A stretch of 64,000 nucleotides of DNA, taken from assembly GCA_043228905.1 (NCBI GenBank), contig JBHGNT010000016.1, positions 17,732,001 through 17,796,000 on the forward strand. Direction: 5' to 3'. This document shows positions 1 to 13,951 of the stretch, in pieces. The DNA comes from Azolla caroliniana. Its lineage: Eukaryota; Plantae; Polypodiophyta. The notes beneath the pieces were generated by a model. It did no database searches and was not told where the DNA came from. It worked only from the letters and a program-made list of their open reading frames with translations. Position 1 is the stretch's first letter, and each line of letters begins with the position of its first letter. The position numbers and the translations under genes were made by a program.

Positions 1-761
1 CTCAAAGGCAGAAAGGGTTTGTGCATTTGCTTTTGAAAGCAGAAGGCATCTGTCATAGGGTTTACGGATGCAGACTATGCGGATCATACGGACTGCAGAA
101 ACTCCACTTTTGGCTGTGTTTACCTACACAAGAGTAGTAGTCTCTTGGATCTCCGGGCTACAGAAGTGCGTTGCATTGTCTACTACAGAGGCAGAGTATG
201 TGGCTGCCACCGAGGCATGCAAAGAGGCTTTATGGATTTCACATCTGCTGGGAGGATCTTGTCATTACAGAGTTACCTGTTCTTCATTGTGACAGTCAGA
301 GTGCTATCATGCTAGCATGGAATCCTGTCTTTCATGCACATACAGGTGAAGTATCACTTCATCAGAGATCCAATTGAAAGAAAGAGCATTGAGTTTGTCA
401 AAGTCATGCAGATGATAATCCTGCAGATCTTGTCACAACTGGTTTTCCAGCAGAGTGGTTTTTCATTGCCAAAAAATGATGGAAGTTGAATAGATATATA
501 TGTACTTCAGCTTTGTACATACTTATAATTAATTGATCCTTTCTCCTCTCAAGGCACATTGCCTTAAGGTGGGAGGTTGTTGGGATAAAGGGCATCGTTC
601 CTTTTATTCGTGCACGGGTGTGAATACACCCTTACCACACTTAACTTTCATTTTATATATATATATAACCTAAAATGGAACAGAACCATATTGTTCCCTA
701 AAAACAAAGCCCCCGTTTTCTTCTGCTGCTTCCTCTGATTGCGATTCCATCACTCCCTTCA
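1..761 (+). mobile_element. Decayed Ty1/Copia 3' end (RNase H remnant, PPT, 3' LTR 578-761), related to the element at 1320-6136
   Basis: Frameshifted RNase H (VALSTTEAEYVAATEACKE; LHCDSQSAI) nearly identical to 5340-5835. PPT GGTGGGAGGT is followed by TGTTGGGATAAAGGGC at 578, and the LTR ends ...CCCTTCA at 761. Confidence 0.85.
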
Positions 762-1314
762 GGGTTCATTTTGTATTTCCAGACCAATAATGAGTAAACC
801 TCCCTTCTGACATGGAAAAGCTACTATACACTACACCACTTGAGCGAGATTGTCAATAAAAATGCCATTTCCAGCCCAACGACAGTTCAGAACCAGTCAC
901 CTCAGTTGGGTGAGACATGGCTCGCATATGAAGAAGTGAAAAGGAGGGAGTGTATAAATGATAGCTGACCACTAATGAAAGATGACCAGTAGACCAATGG
1001 CTGAGATTTTGGCTGATTGAAGCTAAATTTAGGACTCTGGTTGTAGAGCTGTGTCCGCCAGAAAGCCGAGATATCTACATCACTAGAAGGACAATAACCA
1101 ACTGAAACCTTCTTGAACATCACATTGGGATGAGAAGTTGACAGCAAAAAAATTGAGGGGATTTTTTTTACCGACTAACAAAGGTAAAGGTCTTTGCCAC
1201 ACCCAAGTCCTGGGACTTTGTCTCACTTAACCTCAAAGTTCCAATCTGATCATACACTGTTGTGAAGTATTTACTTCATGAATAGAAATTCTAATTAAAA
1301 GAACAAATGCTTGA
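762..1314 (-). mobile_element. Decayed L1-type LINE ORF2 fragment (RT thumb region); left part of a LINE split by the Copia
   Basis: Minus-strand translation near 770-830 gives VAFPCQKGGLLIIGLEIQN, resembling the LINE motif V..PK..GGLGI.D...QN. Many stops and frameshifts. Confidence 0.5.
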
Positions 1315-1528
1315 CTTGCTGTTGGGAATAAAGGGCCATCGTGCCTTTTATTAGCACAAGTGTGAACGCACTCGTAGCACACTTTTGAGTTGTATATACA
1401 TAATATCTAAAAACCAAAAAAGAGGTACACTCTTTTGTACCCAAGACAGCGTGCATCTCTCTCTCTCACTCAGACTCTCTCCCTCTCTGTTTTTGACCTA
1501 AACCCTAATCCTCGTGCTGCCTTGAAAC

Positions 1529-1540
1529 TGGTATCAGAGC
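1529..1540 (+). promoter_or_regulatory. Primer-binding site complementary to the tRNA-iMet 3' end
   Basis: TGGTATCAGAGC, 3 nt after the 5' LTR end. Confidence 0.95.
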
Positions 1541-1542
1541 CA

Positions 1543-1662
1543 AGGTTTAGGGTTTTATGCAGAGAATAGATTAGGGTTTTCTACAGAGCAGAGATTAGGT
1601 TTTTCTACAGAGCAGAGATTAGGGTTTTCTGCAAACCAGAGATTAGGGTTTCTGCAGAGCAG
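1543..1662 (+). repeat. About 5 copies of a ~24-bp tandem repeat in the Copia leader, most containing TTAGGGTTT (telo-box)
   Basis: Unit approximately AGCAGAGATTAGGGTTTTCTACAG. The minus-strand ORF 1555-1752 shows the periodicity (NPNL repeated). Confidence 0.85.
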
Positions 1663-1711
1663 GTCACGTTTTTCTGCAGTGCAGGTTTGGTCCTCCGTTT
1701 GGGCTAAAATC

Positions 1712-4700
1712 ATGACTAGCAGCAGTGAAAGTAGCCACCTTATGCACATCAAGAAGCTTGAGGGTGCACATAACTTTGCGGTTTGGAAAAAGTAGTGCTA
1801 CAACATCCTGCTGCAAAAGAAGCATGCAAAGCATATAAAAGTCAAAGGGGTAAAGCCTATAGATATGGACGAAGATGATTGGCAAGAGTTGAATGAGCTT
1901 GCACGCTCGACTATTGAGTTGTCGATTTCTAATGCCTTGCTTTTTAATATCAAAGGTTTGGACTCCGCCTATTCTATATGGATTAGACTAGAGGAACTGT
2001 ATGCCCAAAAGACGGCAGCTAGGAAAGTTTATTGGCTTAAGAAACTTATGGATTTGCGTATGACAGAGGGCACACCCATGTCAACTCACCTAAGTGAGTT
2101 CAATTCCATTTTCAGCCAGTTGATTGCCTTGAAATTCATCATTGATAATGAGTTTAAGGCCACGTTTTTACTTTGCACCTTGCCAAAAAGTTGGGATACT
2201 TTCAGGACTGCTATGAGCAATTCAAATGCGATGCTTCTTTATGCCGATGTAGAGAGTTCTCTACTCATGGAAGAGATGAGTAGGCAAAATAATGCATCCA
2301 ATAAGTCCTCTAGTGCGTTGCATATGAGGGGTAGGTCACAACAAAGAGGCAAATCTGATAGTTATGGCCGTAGTAAATCACGTGGTAAAGATGTAGAATG
2401 CCATCACTGTGGCAAAAAGGGTCACTTTAAACGTGATTGTTTCAAATGGAAGAAAGAGAAAGGAAAGGGCAAGAAGATAGATGATTTCATAGGAGAAAAG
2501 AGAGACATTCAACCGAGGAAAGGCAATACTAAAAGTGAAGATGTGAATGTAGTCACTCATGAAAGTGATAGTGGAAATGATGTACTCTTTGTTTCATCAT
2601 GCCATAGAGAACATGCTTTACTTGCAGATATGGATGGTGACATGCACACTTGGATACTCGATTCCGGTGCTTCTTTTCACGTCACCCCTCATCGTGAGTG
2701 GTTTTCAGATTACATAGGGGGTCGACATGGTGTTGTCCATCTTGGGGACAACTATGCATGTGAAATTGCAGGTATTGGCACTGTGCAATTACAGTTTCAG
2801 CATGGTTCTGCTTTCACACTTCAGCATGTACGGCATGTACCTCAGCTCAAGAAGAGCTTGATTAGCACAGGACAGCTAGATGATGATGGATTTCACACAA
2901 CCTTTGGTGATGGGAAATGGAAGATTTGTAAGGGATCTAGAGTTATTGCCAAGGGTAGTAAAAGTGATACTTTGTATCCTCTCCATGTATCTAGTGCGAG
3001 TGACCATGTTGTTGCCATAACCGAGCAGCCTAGTGTTTCTTTGTGGCATGGCCGGTTGGGACACATGAGTGAAACTGGTATGAAAGTACTTTCTCGTTTG
3101 GGTTACTTGTCGTGTCTTCGTTATGCTGATTTTGAACATTGTGATCATTGCATTTATGGTAAACATGTACAAACATCTCATAAAAAGTCTCTTTCCCTGA
3201 AGTCGTCCCCGCTTGAGTTAGTACATTCAGATGTATGTCAGATGCCAGGGCTATCATTAGGGGGAAAGAAATACTTAGTCACTTTTGTCGATGATGCTAC
3301 ACGGAAGGTATGGGTTTACCCTATTCGTAGCAAGGATGAAGTGCTCAACAAATTTCGAACATTTTTGGCATTAGTTGAGAATCAAATTGATAAGACACTT
3401 AAGTGTCTTCGCTCTGACAATGGTGGGGAATATGTGTCCAAGGCTTTTCAAGCATTTTGTGACAGCAAAGGGATAAAGAGGGAACTCATTGCCCCTTATA
3501 ATCCACCCCAAAATGGAGTTGCAGAGCGTATGAATCGGACTATTCAAGATAAGGTCCGTACTATGCTGTCTCATGCTGCGTTACCCCATGGTTTTTCGGT
3601 AGAGGCTGTTATGACAGCTGTTCACTTGATTAATCGGTCACCTAACAGGTCTTTGGGAGGGGGAATACCCCAAGAAGTGTGGTCCGGCAAGCCACCTTCA
3701 TATGCTCACTTGAGAGTGTTTGGCTGTGAGGCTTTTGTGCACATTCGTAAAGAACAACGCAACAAACTTGAGCCAAAGTCCTGCAAATGTATTTTCCTAG
3801 GATACGGTGACGAGGGTGAAATGGGGTATAGATTGTGGGATCCCGAGAAAAGAAAAATAGTATGTAGCAATGATGTTATCTTCCGAGAAAATCGCATGCA
3901 TAAACAACCCGAAAAGACTGAGGAAGTACGTAAGGTTGTATTTCGAGAAGAAATACCTTTTAGACAGGAAAATGTGCCCGCTGTACAGCAGCAAACACCT
4001 GCTGTAAAATTACCTGCAAATGCAGAAAATGAGGTTGGAAATGATCATCCAGTCTTTGCCAATAATGATGAGCCACCAAATGTGCAGGAACAGCTAGAAC
4101 AGCAAGCTGTGAATGCTGATTTGCAGGCTGAAATGCCTGGACTGCAAATTGAAAATGATGATTTGCAGGCTCAACAGCTACCAAACAATGAGCATTGGGT
4201 TAGGAGATCGTCTAGAGTTACTAGACAGCCTGACAGATTTGTTCCTGATGCAAACAATGTGGCTGATTAATTATGTCATGGTAACTGATTGTGGCGAACC
4301 GACTTGCTTCAAGGAAGCAATGGACAGACAGGACAATAAGAAATGGTATAAAGCCATGTTGTCAGAGATGGAATCTCTTGAGAAAAATGATACTTGGGAT
4401 TTGGTGCAATTGCCTAAAGGGCAGAAAACACTTCCATGCAAATGGGTTTATAAAATGAAGGTCGTTTCTGATTCCTCGCCAAAGTACAAAGCAAGATTGG
4501 TTGCAAAAGGATACAAGCAGGAATATGGAGTTGATTTTGATGAGATCTTCTCGCCTGTAGTCAAGATGACTACATTAAGAATCATTTTGGGCTTAGTTGC
4601 AACTGAAGATATGGAGCTCATACAGATGGATGTGAAGACCGCCTTTTTACATGGCGATCTGCATGAAGACATATATATGCAGCAGTCTGAAGGTTTTGTC

Positions 4701-5835
4701 ACTAAAGGCAAAGAGAAGATGGTTTGTAAGCTCAAAAGGAGTTTGTATGGGTTGAAACAAGCACCAAGAGAATGGTATCATAAATTTGATGCATTTATGC
4801 AGTCTCAAGGTTTTCGTAGAAGTCAAGTGGACCATTGCTTGTACACCAAGAAGGCAGGAGATGGCAGCCTGATTATCTTGGTTTTGTATGTTGATGATAT
4901 GTTGATTGCTGGCAAGGATGTTCATGCCTTGAATTCATTGAAGCAAAGCCTTCATCGCAGCTTTGATATGAAGGATCTTGGTGATGCAAATCACACCCTT
5001 GGCATGCGAATACTCCGAAACCGATCGAAAGGGGTACTCTTTCTATCTCAGCAGGAATATATCTCTAAGGTTTTGCAGCGTTTCAATATGGAAGGGGGGA
5101 AAACAATTGGGGTTCCAATTGCCTCCATATTTGAAACTCAATGCAGAAGACAGCCCTACATCTGATGATGAGAAGGCTGAAATGGCTAAGGTTCCATATG
5201 CTTCTGCCGTTGGCAGTTTGATATATGCAATGGTTGCTACACGCCCTGATATTGCCTTTGCAGTGGGAGTGGTTAGTAGGTATATGGCAAATACCGGCAA
5301 AAAGCATTGGGAAGCGGTGAAAGGTATTATGAGATACCTCAAAGGCACAAAGGACTTGTGTATTTGCTTTGGAAAACAAAAGGCATCTGTCGTTGGTTTT
5401 ACGGATGCGGACTATGCTGGTCACGCAGACTGCAAGAAGTCTACTTCTGGGTATGTGTTTACTTTCACAGGAGGAGTGGTCTCTTGGATCTCCAGACTAC
5501 AGAAGTGTGTTGCATTGTCTACTACAGAGGCAGAGTATGTTGCTGCCACTGAGGCATGCAAAGAGGTTTTATGGCTTTCATATCTAGTGAGAGATCTTGG
5601 CATTACAGAGTTACCTATTCTTCATTGTGACAGCCAGAGTGCTATCATGCTAGCCGTCTTTCATGCAAAGACGAAGCACATAGAGGTGAAGTATCACTTC
5701 ATCAGAGATGTACTTGATAGCAAGAACATTGAGCTTGTCAAAGTACATACAAATAATAATCCTGCAGATCTTCTCAAGAAGGGTCTTCCAGCTGAGCGAT
5801 TTGCTCATTGCCGACAGATGATGGGAGTTGGATAG
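1712..5835 (+). pseudogene. Copia gag-pol polyprotein, disrupted
   Basis: ATG at 1712 is in frame with 1865 but has TAG at 1793-1795. Zinc knuckle CHHCGKKGHFKRDC, protease ILDSGAS, integrase HHCC and HSD..SDNGGEY..E, RT YVDD, RNase H TDADYAG/TEAEY. Frameshifts near 4265 and 5118. Confidence 0.93.
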
Positions 5836-6141
5836 ATGTATGTATGTAGTTCAGCTTTGTACATACTTGGACTTAGCTGATTTTTTTGTTTTTTTCTTCT
5901 CACGGCACATTGCCTTTAGGTGGGAGGTTGTTGGGAATAAAGGGCCATCGTGCCTTTTATTAGTGCACGAGTGTGAACGCACTTGTAGCACACTTTTGAG
6001 TTGTATATACATAATATCTAAAAACCAAAAAAGAGGTACACTCTTTTGTACCCAAGACAGCGTGCATCTCTCTCTCTCACTCAGAGACTCTCCCTCTCTG
6101 TTTTTGACCTAAACCCTAATCCTCGTGCTGCCTTCACTTGC

Positions 6142-7800
6142 AATGTGATTTAGCTCTAAAGGTATAAAGGTTTGAATCTCCAATGCATGATACAAGAATT
6201 GGATATTGAATGTGCATAATACATCCACAATGAACCCTTTGTAAAGTCTATTGAAATATCAATTGACACAAAATTGGATGGTTTAACATTAGTACTTTGC
6301 ATGCACACCATGTGGCTGTATATGTGACACCATGTGAATTACATGCAAAGAGTCTTTTGAGAGGTATATATAGAATCTTAAGCTAATTGTAAGAGGGGAA
6401 GAATGAAGGAAATCAATCAACAGGTTCCAGCAGAGCTATAGAGTACTATTCTAAATTGTATTTGAAGTCTTGAAAATTTGGGGTTTGAGTTTTCAATCAT
6501 GTGTCCTCTCTTAGGAGCAGTTATTGTTTGATAATCTTGAATTAAACGAAAGAGAATCATGAACTGACATGGCAGTGCCCGTAGAGGTGTCCAAGGGACC
6601 TTCATCAGCAGCCACCCATGGCCAGGCATAAAGCGATCAAGTCTCTCCTTGGTGTCAAGAAAATTGTTAAGAAACCCTCGCATCATAAAGAGGAATATTT
6701 CTAGCAAGCATCTGGAGCATTGGCTGAAAAGAAATATTGACCCTAAGCGCCTTGTTCAGAATTAGCAATGTATAAAAGCAGAACCTGGCAAAAGCGGATA
6801 ACTGTGTCTGATTCAATATTACAAACTCCATCCCAATAATCTATGAGTCCGGAAGACGTCGACTGATCCCAAAACATTGCTCAATGGCGAGCAACAGTTG
6901 GAGATAAGCTGAGAGAGTCAATAAGAGCATTCACTCTGTAAAGAAAACTAAATAGCCTTCCGCAAGACAAGTGCACCATGATTTCTCATGGGAGTGACGG
7001 ATATACACCCTATTGATATATAACTCTAACATTGCCCCTGGCCAGTCTCAAAAGGCAGCCACTAAACCACATGTGCATCCATTTTCGACCTGCAAGCTTC
7101 ATACCCATCGGCTTCTGACTTGATTGCTCGAGGCATTTTGAAAGGTAATGTTTTACAAGGTAGAATGTATCCCTGCAAATAATTGAGAAGCATCACATGA
7201 TCTAGACACATGCCAAACAAAAATCCAATAAGCAGAGTCCAGCAGAGAATGTCGCTGATTCTTAAGCTATTGCTATATTCCAACAAGAAGCTCTAAAGGC
7301 AGCAGTTACATGGTCTTGAGATCCTGCCAGCAGAGTTTCTTCTCAGATGGAAGATACAGTATCAACATCCAAAAGCTCAGATTCAAAGTGACAACCTGAA
7401 TCATCCTGTGCAAATAACTATCCTAGTGCCAATCATTATGATGGTCTTCATACACCACCAAGATCATCACTCAATCTGCATTGACTAAAGATAGATAATT
7501 CCCTTCTTTTTTACTTCTGTTGAGGGTTGGAAGTAAGACACTTGATTAGAGTGCCAATCGTCAGTCCTGGTGACCATGAGAAGGCAACAGCTGAGGCTAA
7601 GTTAGAGAAGTCTGAACAGATTGAGCTAAGATTGAGCTTGTTGTCATTCTTTACCAGCAGGACAAGGGGGATTCTGTTGTAGAGACAGCGTGGGTGGTTG
7701 GCAACTATACAGTCAAGGGCAATCTCGTTCAAAACTTCCAAGTTGATGGCACTGAAGGCATTGGTCTTGCTTCTGTTCTTCCTTCTTTCATTGCTAGTTG
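6142..7800 (-). mobile_element. Decayed L1-type LINE (endonuclease region and upstream part); right part of the LINE split by the Copia
   Basis: Minus-strand remnants ERLDRF (~6640) and VDVFRTH (~6850) match APE endonuclease motifs. Same orientation and expected domain order as 762-1314. Ends approximate. Confidence 0.55.
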
Positions 7801-8389
7801 AGGACTGATGACTCAGTTAAAAATTGTTTGGCTAACTTCACCTTATTTCATAGCACAGAAAGGTTATCTTCTGTAAGATTATAATGCAATTCAGAAGGTG
7901 ACGGGGCATCTAAAAATGTACAATAGACGGGAAAAAAAAAAATCTTAGATGTCTAAAATGTGATTGCTGAAAAGCTGCTATTACAGTGGATGGGAATTCA
8001 CTTTTGTATGACTAAAAAATAACCTATCCTATTTTGGTTTAAGTTAAAACATGACTTAAAATGGCATGAACACCAAGCCTTCAGTAATTGCTTTTCCATT
8101 TTCAGTAATTGCTTTTTCCGTTTTCATTTCTTCACCGTTTCAGGAATATCTGGCTACTATGTTCTAATTCCATCTGTTTGGTTTGGTTTCCATTTCATCA
8201 CTCCAGAAAAGGTTGATTACTGTGTTTTAGTTTCCTTGAAATTTCTTTGCAGTGTTCCCACCATTTCAGATAATGGCTGATATACTATGTTCTCGCTTTT
8301 TTGATATTTCTTGCAGTTTCCATTTCATTGTTACACATACAGTTGGCTACTATGGCTAGACTGAATAAAACATACATGCACTTTCTTAC

Positions 8390-11300
8390 CTTTTGTGGAA
8401 TTCATCTTCAAATTCTCCGCCCCATATAGATTGGCCACCAGTTCCATCTCCAAGTGGATCTCCAGTTTGTATCATAAATCCTTTGATGACACGGTGAAAT
8501 ATAAGATTGTCATAGTAGCCATTTCTACAATGCGTAGTAAAGTTCTCGACAGTCTTTGGGCACTCTTCTGGATAGAGCTTTATATGCATGTCACCATAGC
8601 TCGTATGTAAGATCTGAAGAACCATATCATCATTTGACATTTTCAACCAGCATTCATCATACCAAAATATTATTCTGCATCAGCTCAGGTAAGAATTGTT
8701 CAATAGCTTACCACATTCTCTGGTAAAGATGTACTTATAGTCTTGCTCACATCTGAGGCTGCCATTAACTCCTCTGGAGGGGGTTTTTCATTGAAGACAT
8801 CGCGACCTTTAGTAACATCTTCTGCCTCTTCAGGCTCTCTACGGCTACATTTACAGAGCAATAACTGAAACTTCAGTAATTTGGAAGTGTTTGAGCTATT
8901 TATTTTCTTAGGTAAGACCTAGGGAACAATTCCTCATCTTGTACCTGAAAAGATAAAATCGGTGTTTTTTGAATGCGGAGCACACCAGGGTTGGATCTGC
9001 AAAGGACTCCCTATCATCCACAGCATTTGATGAAGCCCCTGGCAACTTCTTTACTCTCCTACCACTGCTTTCACCTTGAAAAAGGGCCACCCTGAGAAAC
9101 CTTTCTGTGTTCTCAACTTTCCCGATAATCCTTGCCACTTTGTTGGTATGCAGATTAACAATCTGAAATTTGAATAGATGTATCCAAAAAACAGAATCAG
9201 ATATGGTTATGATATAACTGCATAAATCATAAGCTTTTGTACCTTGATTCCTAACAGAGTGGTATACACCAAAAAGTTTCCGCTCTCATCAAATACTGCA
9301 TTTGGGGGTGGAACCCCCTCGGTTTTCTCTATCTCTTTTTCAACTGCCATTCTGCGCCCAAAATCAATTGCATCAAGCCTGTACAATGGTGTGTCACTCC
9401 TTTGTAAATCTTGAGCAACCTGCAATATAAACATTTGTTTACTTTTAAGCCTGATGTATGGTTGTTTACTTTAAGGCCAGCAAGCATATTATAAATTTCA
9501 GGCTGTTTTAAAGACTGCATTTTATATTTTTATTAAATGAAGTTTTACCTCAAGCGATTCATCATAAGTTCTTCTAAGTTTACCAGTCTCGAACCAAAAT
9601 ACCCGTATGCGACGATCTGGTGACGTTGTCACAAATTGTTTGGCATCGGGACTAACCTGCAAAATCAAAAAAGAGAAAACCAGACGATGCAATAGTTTTA
9701 GTAATTATAAACACCATAGCATCAATGATAGCATAACAGAATCTCAGAATCACGTCAATATTTATCATCTCAACCTAAGCAATTTCCATTGGAAGTTATG
9801 TAAAAAACACAAACTCAGTTGTAATGAATAATAGCTTACATGAAAAACGAATTCAAAGTACGGGGAAGCGTATTAAGTGCCATTCTGACTGGCGGTGCTG
9901 AAACCACGCTTTTGCCAGGTGTAGACATGCATATAAGCATCCGATGCATAATGAACTCAGTATTACGAAATACAAAATAGAACTAAAATTATATGTTGCA
10001 CCAATGGTTGGAAATCACATGGGGAACTCAATGGTGCAAATGGCGACATTGATTTAAGACTTCTAAAAGATTTATGCTCTATATCAAAAGCCAACAGCAT
10101 ATATACCTACCCTAGGGAGTGGGCCTAGAAGGAATATATAATATTGTCTTTTAATATGCCAAAATGGCCTATAAGACCAAACAAGAGAGAGCTATCAAGG
10201 TCTATAATCTCTATATTTATGCTGGAGGACATGGGATTGAGTCAGGCATGTGCATAGGAATACACAGAGCCTTGTGTTATAGGCATAACCTTACGGACCA
10301 ATTTCAAAGGTAATTTTAATGGGTCAATGGTATGATTGTTGGGAAACCACTTATCCTAGATCTGGGACAAACCCATATGGACCTATGACACATGGGAACG
10401 TGTGGTGTTCTGGGAGCCATAGGTGTTGAGCTATATCAAGGAGACTAGCAACCCCTTTCATTACAACATCTTGAGACTCTTTCGAGACTCTATTGGTGAT
10501 GCTAAACTCTCTTCTTCAGATCCGTTATTCAATAACCAAGGTATAACATAAGGTAATGTTGGGTGGTATAGGACACCAATGATATCTTATGTTTGTCTCA
10601 TGTCCTTTGCTCAGGGTGATCAGTGTGGTTAAGCACCCTTAATCCATTATTCTCTTTAATCTCTTATTCTTTACCTCATCATTAGCTCGATCCATATAAT
10701 GTTGTGTCTTAGAATCTCTATGTGCAAAATTTATGGCTCTCAAGAGCTTTTGAACTCAAATGTTTCTTTACTGTTTCACATTTGCATCTTATGTTTTGAT
10801 TTCGTCATGTCACATGACATGTCAGCTATTTTTCTTGTTCTATTAAAAACATGTGTCAAGATTATATGAGCTGGAGTAAAAAGTATAAATTGAAGTTACA
10901 ACTGTTTTGAAAAGAGATAAACAGTCAAAATCCTATACTTTAAAATAAAGAGCCTTACATTCGTAAAAAAGATGTATCATTCCTGAAGAATAAAAATGGC
11001 ATTTAGCTCCACATATTAATATATATGAATCTTTCTACAGCTTCAACTTGTAAAAAAAACAGAATTATTTTCAGAATGCTAAAGCGCTAAAAATATCAAC
11101 ATTCAGATTCCTAGCAGCACAGGACAAAATATTATAAATGGATTCTATAAGAGCCATAAGCTTCCCATAATTACTACGAGATGCTCTAGAGCTAACAGAA
11201 TATTATAATATACGAGTCACACTAATAGATAATAATAGATATAAACCTTCCACAGCTATAAAACAAAAACATTGATCAGTTACCTCCAATGAAGAAACAA

Positions 11301-13951
11301 TTGTCTTGGCCTTAGCTATGGCATATAAATCAGTGTCCGTCTTATATTTGAAGCGTAGACTACAAAGATCATCAATTACAAACAAAACCAACTTTCAGAG
11401 TTCTTTTATTAAAAACACACTCAAATAAAAAGCAAAAAACACTAATGGTGATCTTGATTCCTCTTGTATGGACATTGAAGAAGCTCTCAAGTTAGCTGCC
11501 CAAAGAAGGGGCTCAGAGAAATGTTTAAGGCATAATATACATTAACACCGCAAAACACCTCATGTGACTCAACCTAGACGCAATCCTACAGACCCGCAAA
11601 GTTTTGCCAAAGAATTCCATTGCAAGATTTCTATGATTTTTGGTAAATTTTCACCAAATAACTCACCCTTTCGTAGGGAATTCCATATCTGAGGGTGACC
11701 AGTATTCTAGAAGTCCCTGAGCATCTGCGGAGATCACAATGTCGTGCAAGCTGTTGTATCGCATTGCTTTTACAGGACCCATATGGATCTGTGGGGAAGG
11801 AACAAAAGTGAAAACTTTGGCAGCTGCATATAAACACATAATAGAAAAACAATTAAGCTTCAAAAATCAACACCTGTTTGCTCAAAATAGCATCACCACT
11901 TCCAGATTTTGCATCATACAAGTAAATCGTTGGCGAGTTCTGGTCACTAATAGCAACTTTAGCCTTTGCATCTCCTTGCTTATATGTCCATACAACGGTG
12001 CCAGGTGTGAAAGGCAACCGTAGCATAGCCATCATGTCATAGTTAACAACGTCAAAGATTTTTGCTGCTTTATCAGCTGATATTGTACAGCACAACAACC
12101 CATCTGCACTTACCTATACATAATCATATTGTGCAATATTTTATATATAACATCAAATACGGAAACCAAATATTATTTTAAAGAACTTACAGCTAAATCG
12201 TCAATTGGCGTTAGATGAGCCCGAAAATGTTTCACAAATTCAACGGCTGCTGACGTTTTCTTCCAGAATTTTAGATGTCCTGCAAAAGAACACTATATCT
12301 CTTTTTCACCACCACCAGCAAGAAGTCTCGGGCTTGTGCTCCAATCACACCAGCTACACCATTATTGAGACAATGTCTCTACCTCATTTAGATTGCTTCT
12401 CTTGGGAGAGATGAAGAAGTTACGAGAGGAGTGAATAATAAGATTAAAAATAGATCACTGGAAATCGAAAGTACAGTCTGTCAAGTCATCTGGTAGATGT
12501 AAATACGATTCACTTTTTCTCTGTGCGTGGAAATAAATTATGTGCATCAGGGAAAACAGGTTTTTGGAAATCTTCACCATACTAATTTTCAGGGCTAGAT
12601 TTACACAAAGAACTTTCAAAGGTTGGACCTAGTACCATCCAAGTGATGAAAAGGTTCCGGTCTCACCTACTTTCTTGGGACTACATTGATAAGAATCCAA
12701 GTATATAGACAAACAGGGCATACTTACCCTCCTATATGCTGTGACATTGTGCTGATTTCAGACTTCCCAAATGCGCAACAGACGCACCTAGATTCTTTGC
12801 ATACATTTAGTAGAGCAAAAGACCAAAGTGACGCTTTCATCATTTAATTTGGTCCATTGGTCTTGTAGATGAGCCATTGTCAATACAAATCTCTTGTCAA
12901 ATCTCATGAACCTCTAAGACTCGCTAATACAGAGACCAATGCAAGAGATGGATACCGTATGGCTAGTTTGGGGCCCTCCAGCATTACTACACTCCTGAAC
13001 TGTATATAGGATATTGTATCACAGAGCTTTTTGAGAGACATGTTCCAATAATCTCATTCAGTACCAGAAGCAGGGTAGCTTTCCCACTTACTAGATTACT
13101 TTCTGGTTTATATTACAGATCATTGAGTTTTGATAAGAGATCATATGATATCATGATTAAAACTCATAGGCCATTTTGGCCTTTTTAAATATTTTAAAAT
13201 GATCTCTCTCTACATGTGTAGCATAACAACGTACCATCATTGCTACCAGTTATGAAGAATCCGGCAACTGAAACAGCAACATGGGTCACCACATCACGAT
13301 GCATGAAGCTTTTTTCATACCTATATTTCATCCCACAAAGATGAGCTTTATTCGACAAAGGTCAAAAACCCAACACTAGATCCATGCAAAATCCACAGAA
13401 AAAAAGCTCTAAGATAAGCATGTGGGAGCAGGAGAAAAACCAAACAATATTTAGAAATTGCAAGGCCAAAAGATAGAAATCAATGAGAAAATCAGAAAAT
13501 GTAAAAGAAATTTTAAAAATACTCAAAATAGCAGACGGTTAAGACAAGTTTGAAATAAATGGAAAAATAAAAAAAAATTGGAATTAAATTACATAAAAAC
13601 TCAAAGGGCAGAAACTTGATAAATTAACTAGGATAATCAGACAATATCAAAAATGAATGAACTAGGAGAAACTCACATGGCAGCGGAGGGGAGGGCGTCC
13701 AGGAAAGCTCGTTCGAACTCTAATGGGCGCTTCGACCGGGCGGGCCGCGCAGGACCGGGGCCGACCATAGGCCCCAGATCATCATCGCCATCACGCTCCT
13801 CACCGCTTCCGTTCTTACTCTCTCTGTGGATCTCTTCCAAGAAGACAGGAAGTGAGCCATCAACGGTGTCAGGAGCTGCGCCTCCGAAGGAAGCAGAAGA
13901 AGCAGAAGAAGCAGGGGCAGGGGCAGGAGGAGCTTCCATCGCTGCTCCCAC
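8390..13951 (-). CDS. CYP71: WD40-repeat cyclophilin (peptidyl-prolyl isomerase CYP71/PPWD1), 3'-incomplete in this window
   Basis: 11 GT-AG exons with consistent phases: 13951-13677, 13320-13235, 12279-12191, 12113-11874, 11788-11667, 11359-11284, 9656-9549, 9419-9243, 9162-8945, 8844-8712, 8613-8390. They encode [34 protein letters not shown] and [34 protein letters not shown]. The final SMANAGPNTNGSQFF exon was not found in 1-8389. This is the cyclophilin, not the cytochrome P450 family of the same name. Confidence 0.95.

Larger units (their letters stand above)
1320..6136 (+). mobile_element. Near-complete Ty1/Copia LTR retrotransposon
   Basis: 5' LTR 1320-1525 and 3' LTR 5929-6136 differ by about 5 substitutions plus one 2-bp indel (counted by eye). 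TSD CTTGC at 1315-1319 and 6137-6141, PBS at 1529-1540, PPT AGGTGGGAGGT before 5929, and gag-PR-INT-RT-RH order. Confidence 0.97.

Noticed and set aside
1521-1525. Non-canonical GA end of the Copia 5' LTR; likewise the TA start of the 3' LTR at 56189
   Set aside because: The partner LTRs have canonical CA/TG and these are internal ends, so simple post-insertion point mutations explain them.
10100-10720. Possible solo LTR in CYP71 intron 6
   Set aside because: The composition is suggestive, but no convincing TG..CA termini with a TSD were identified.
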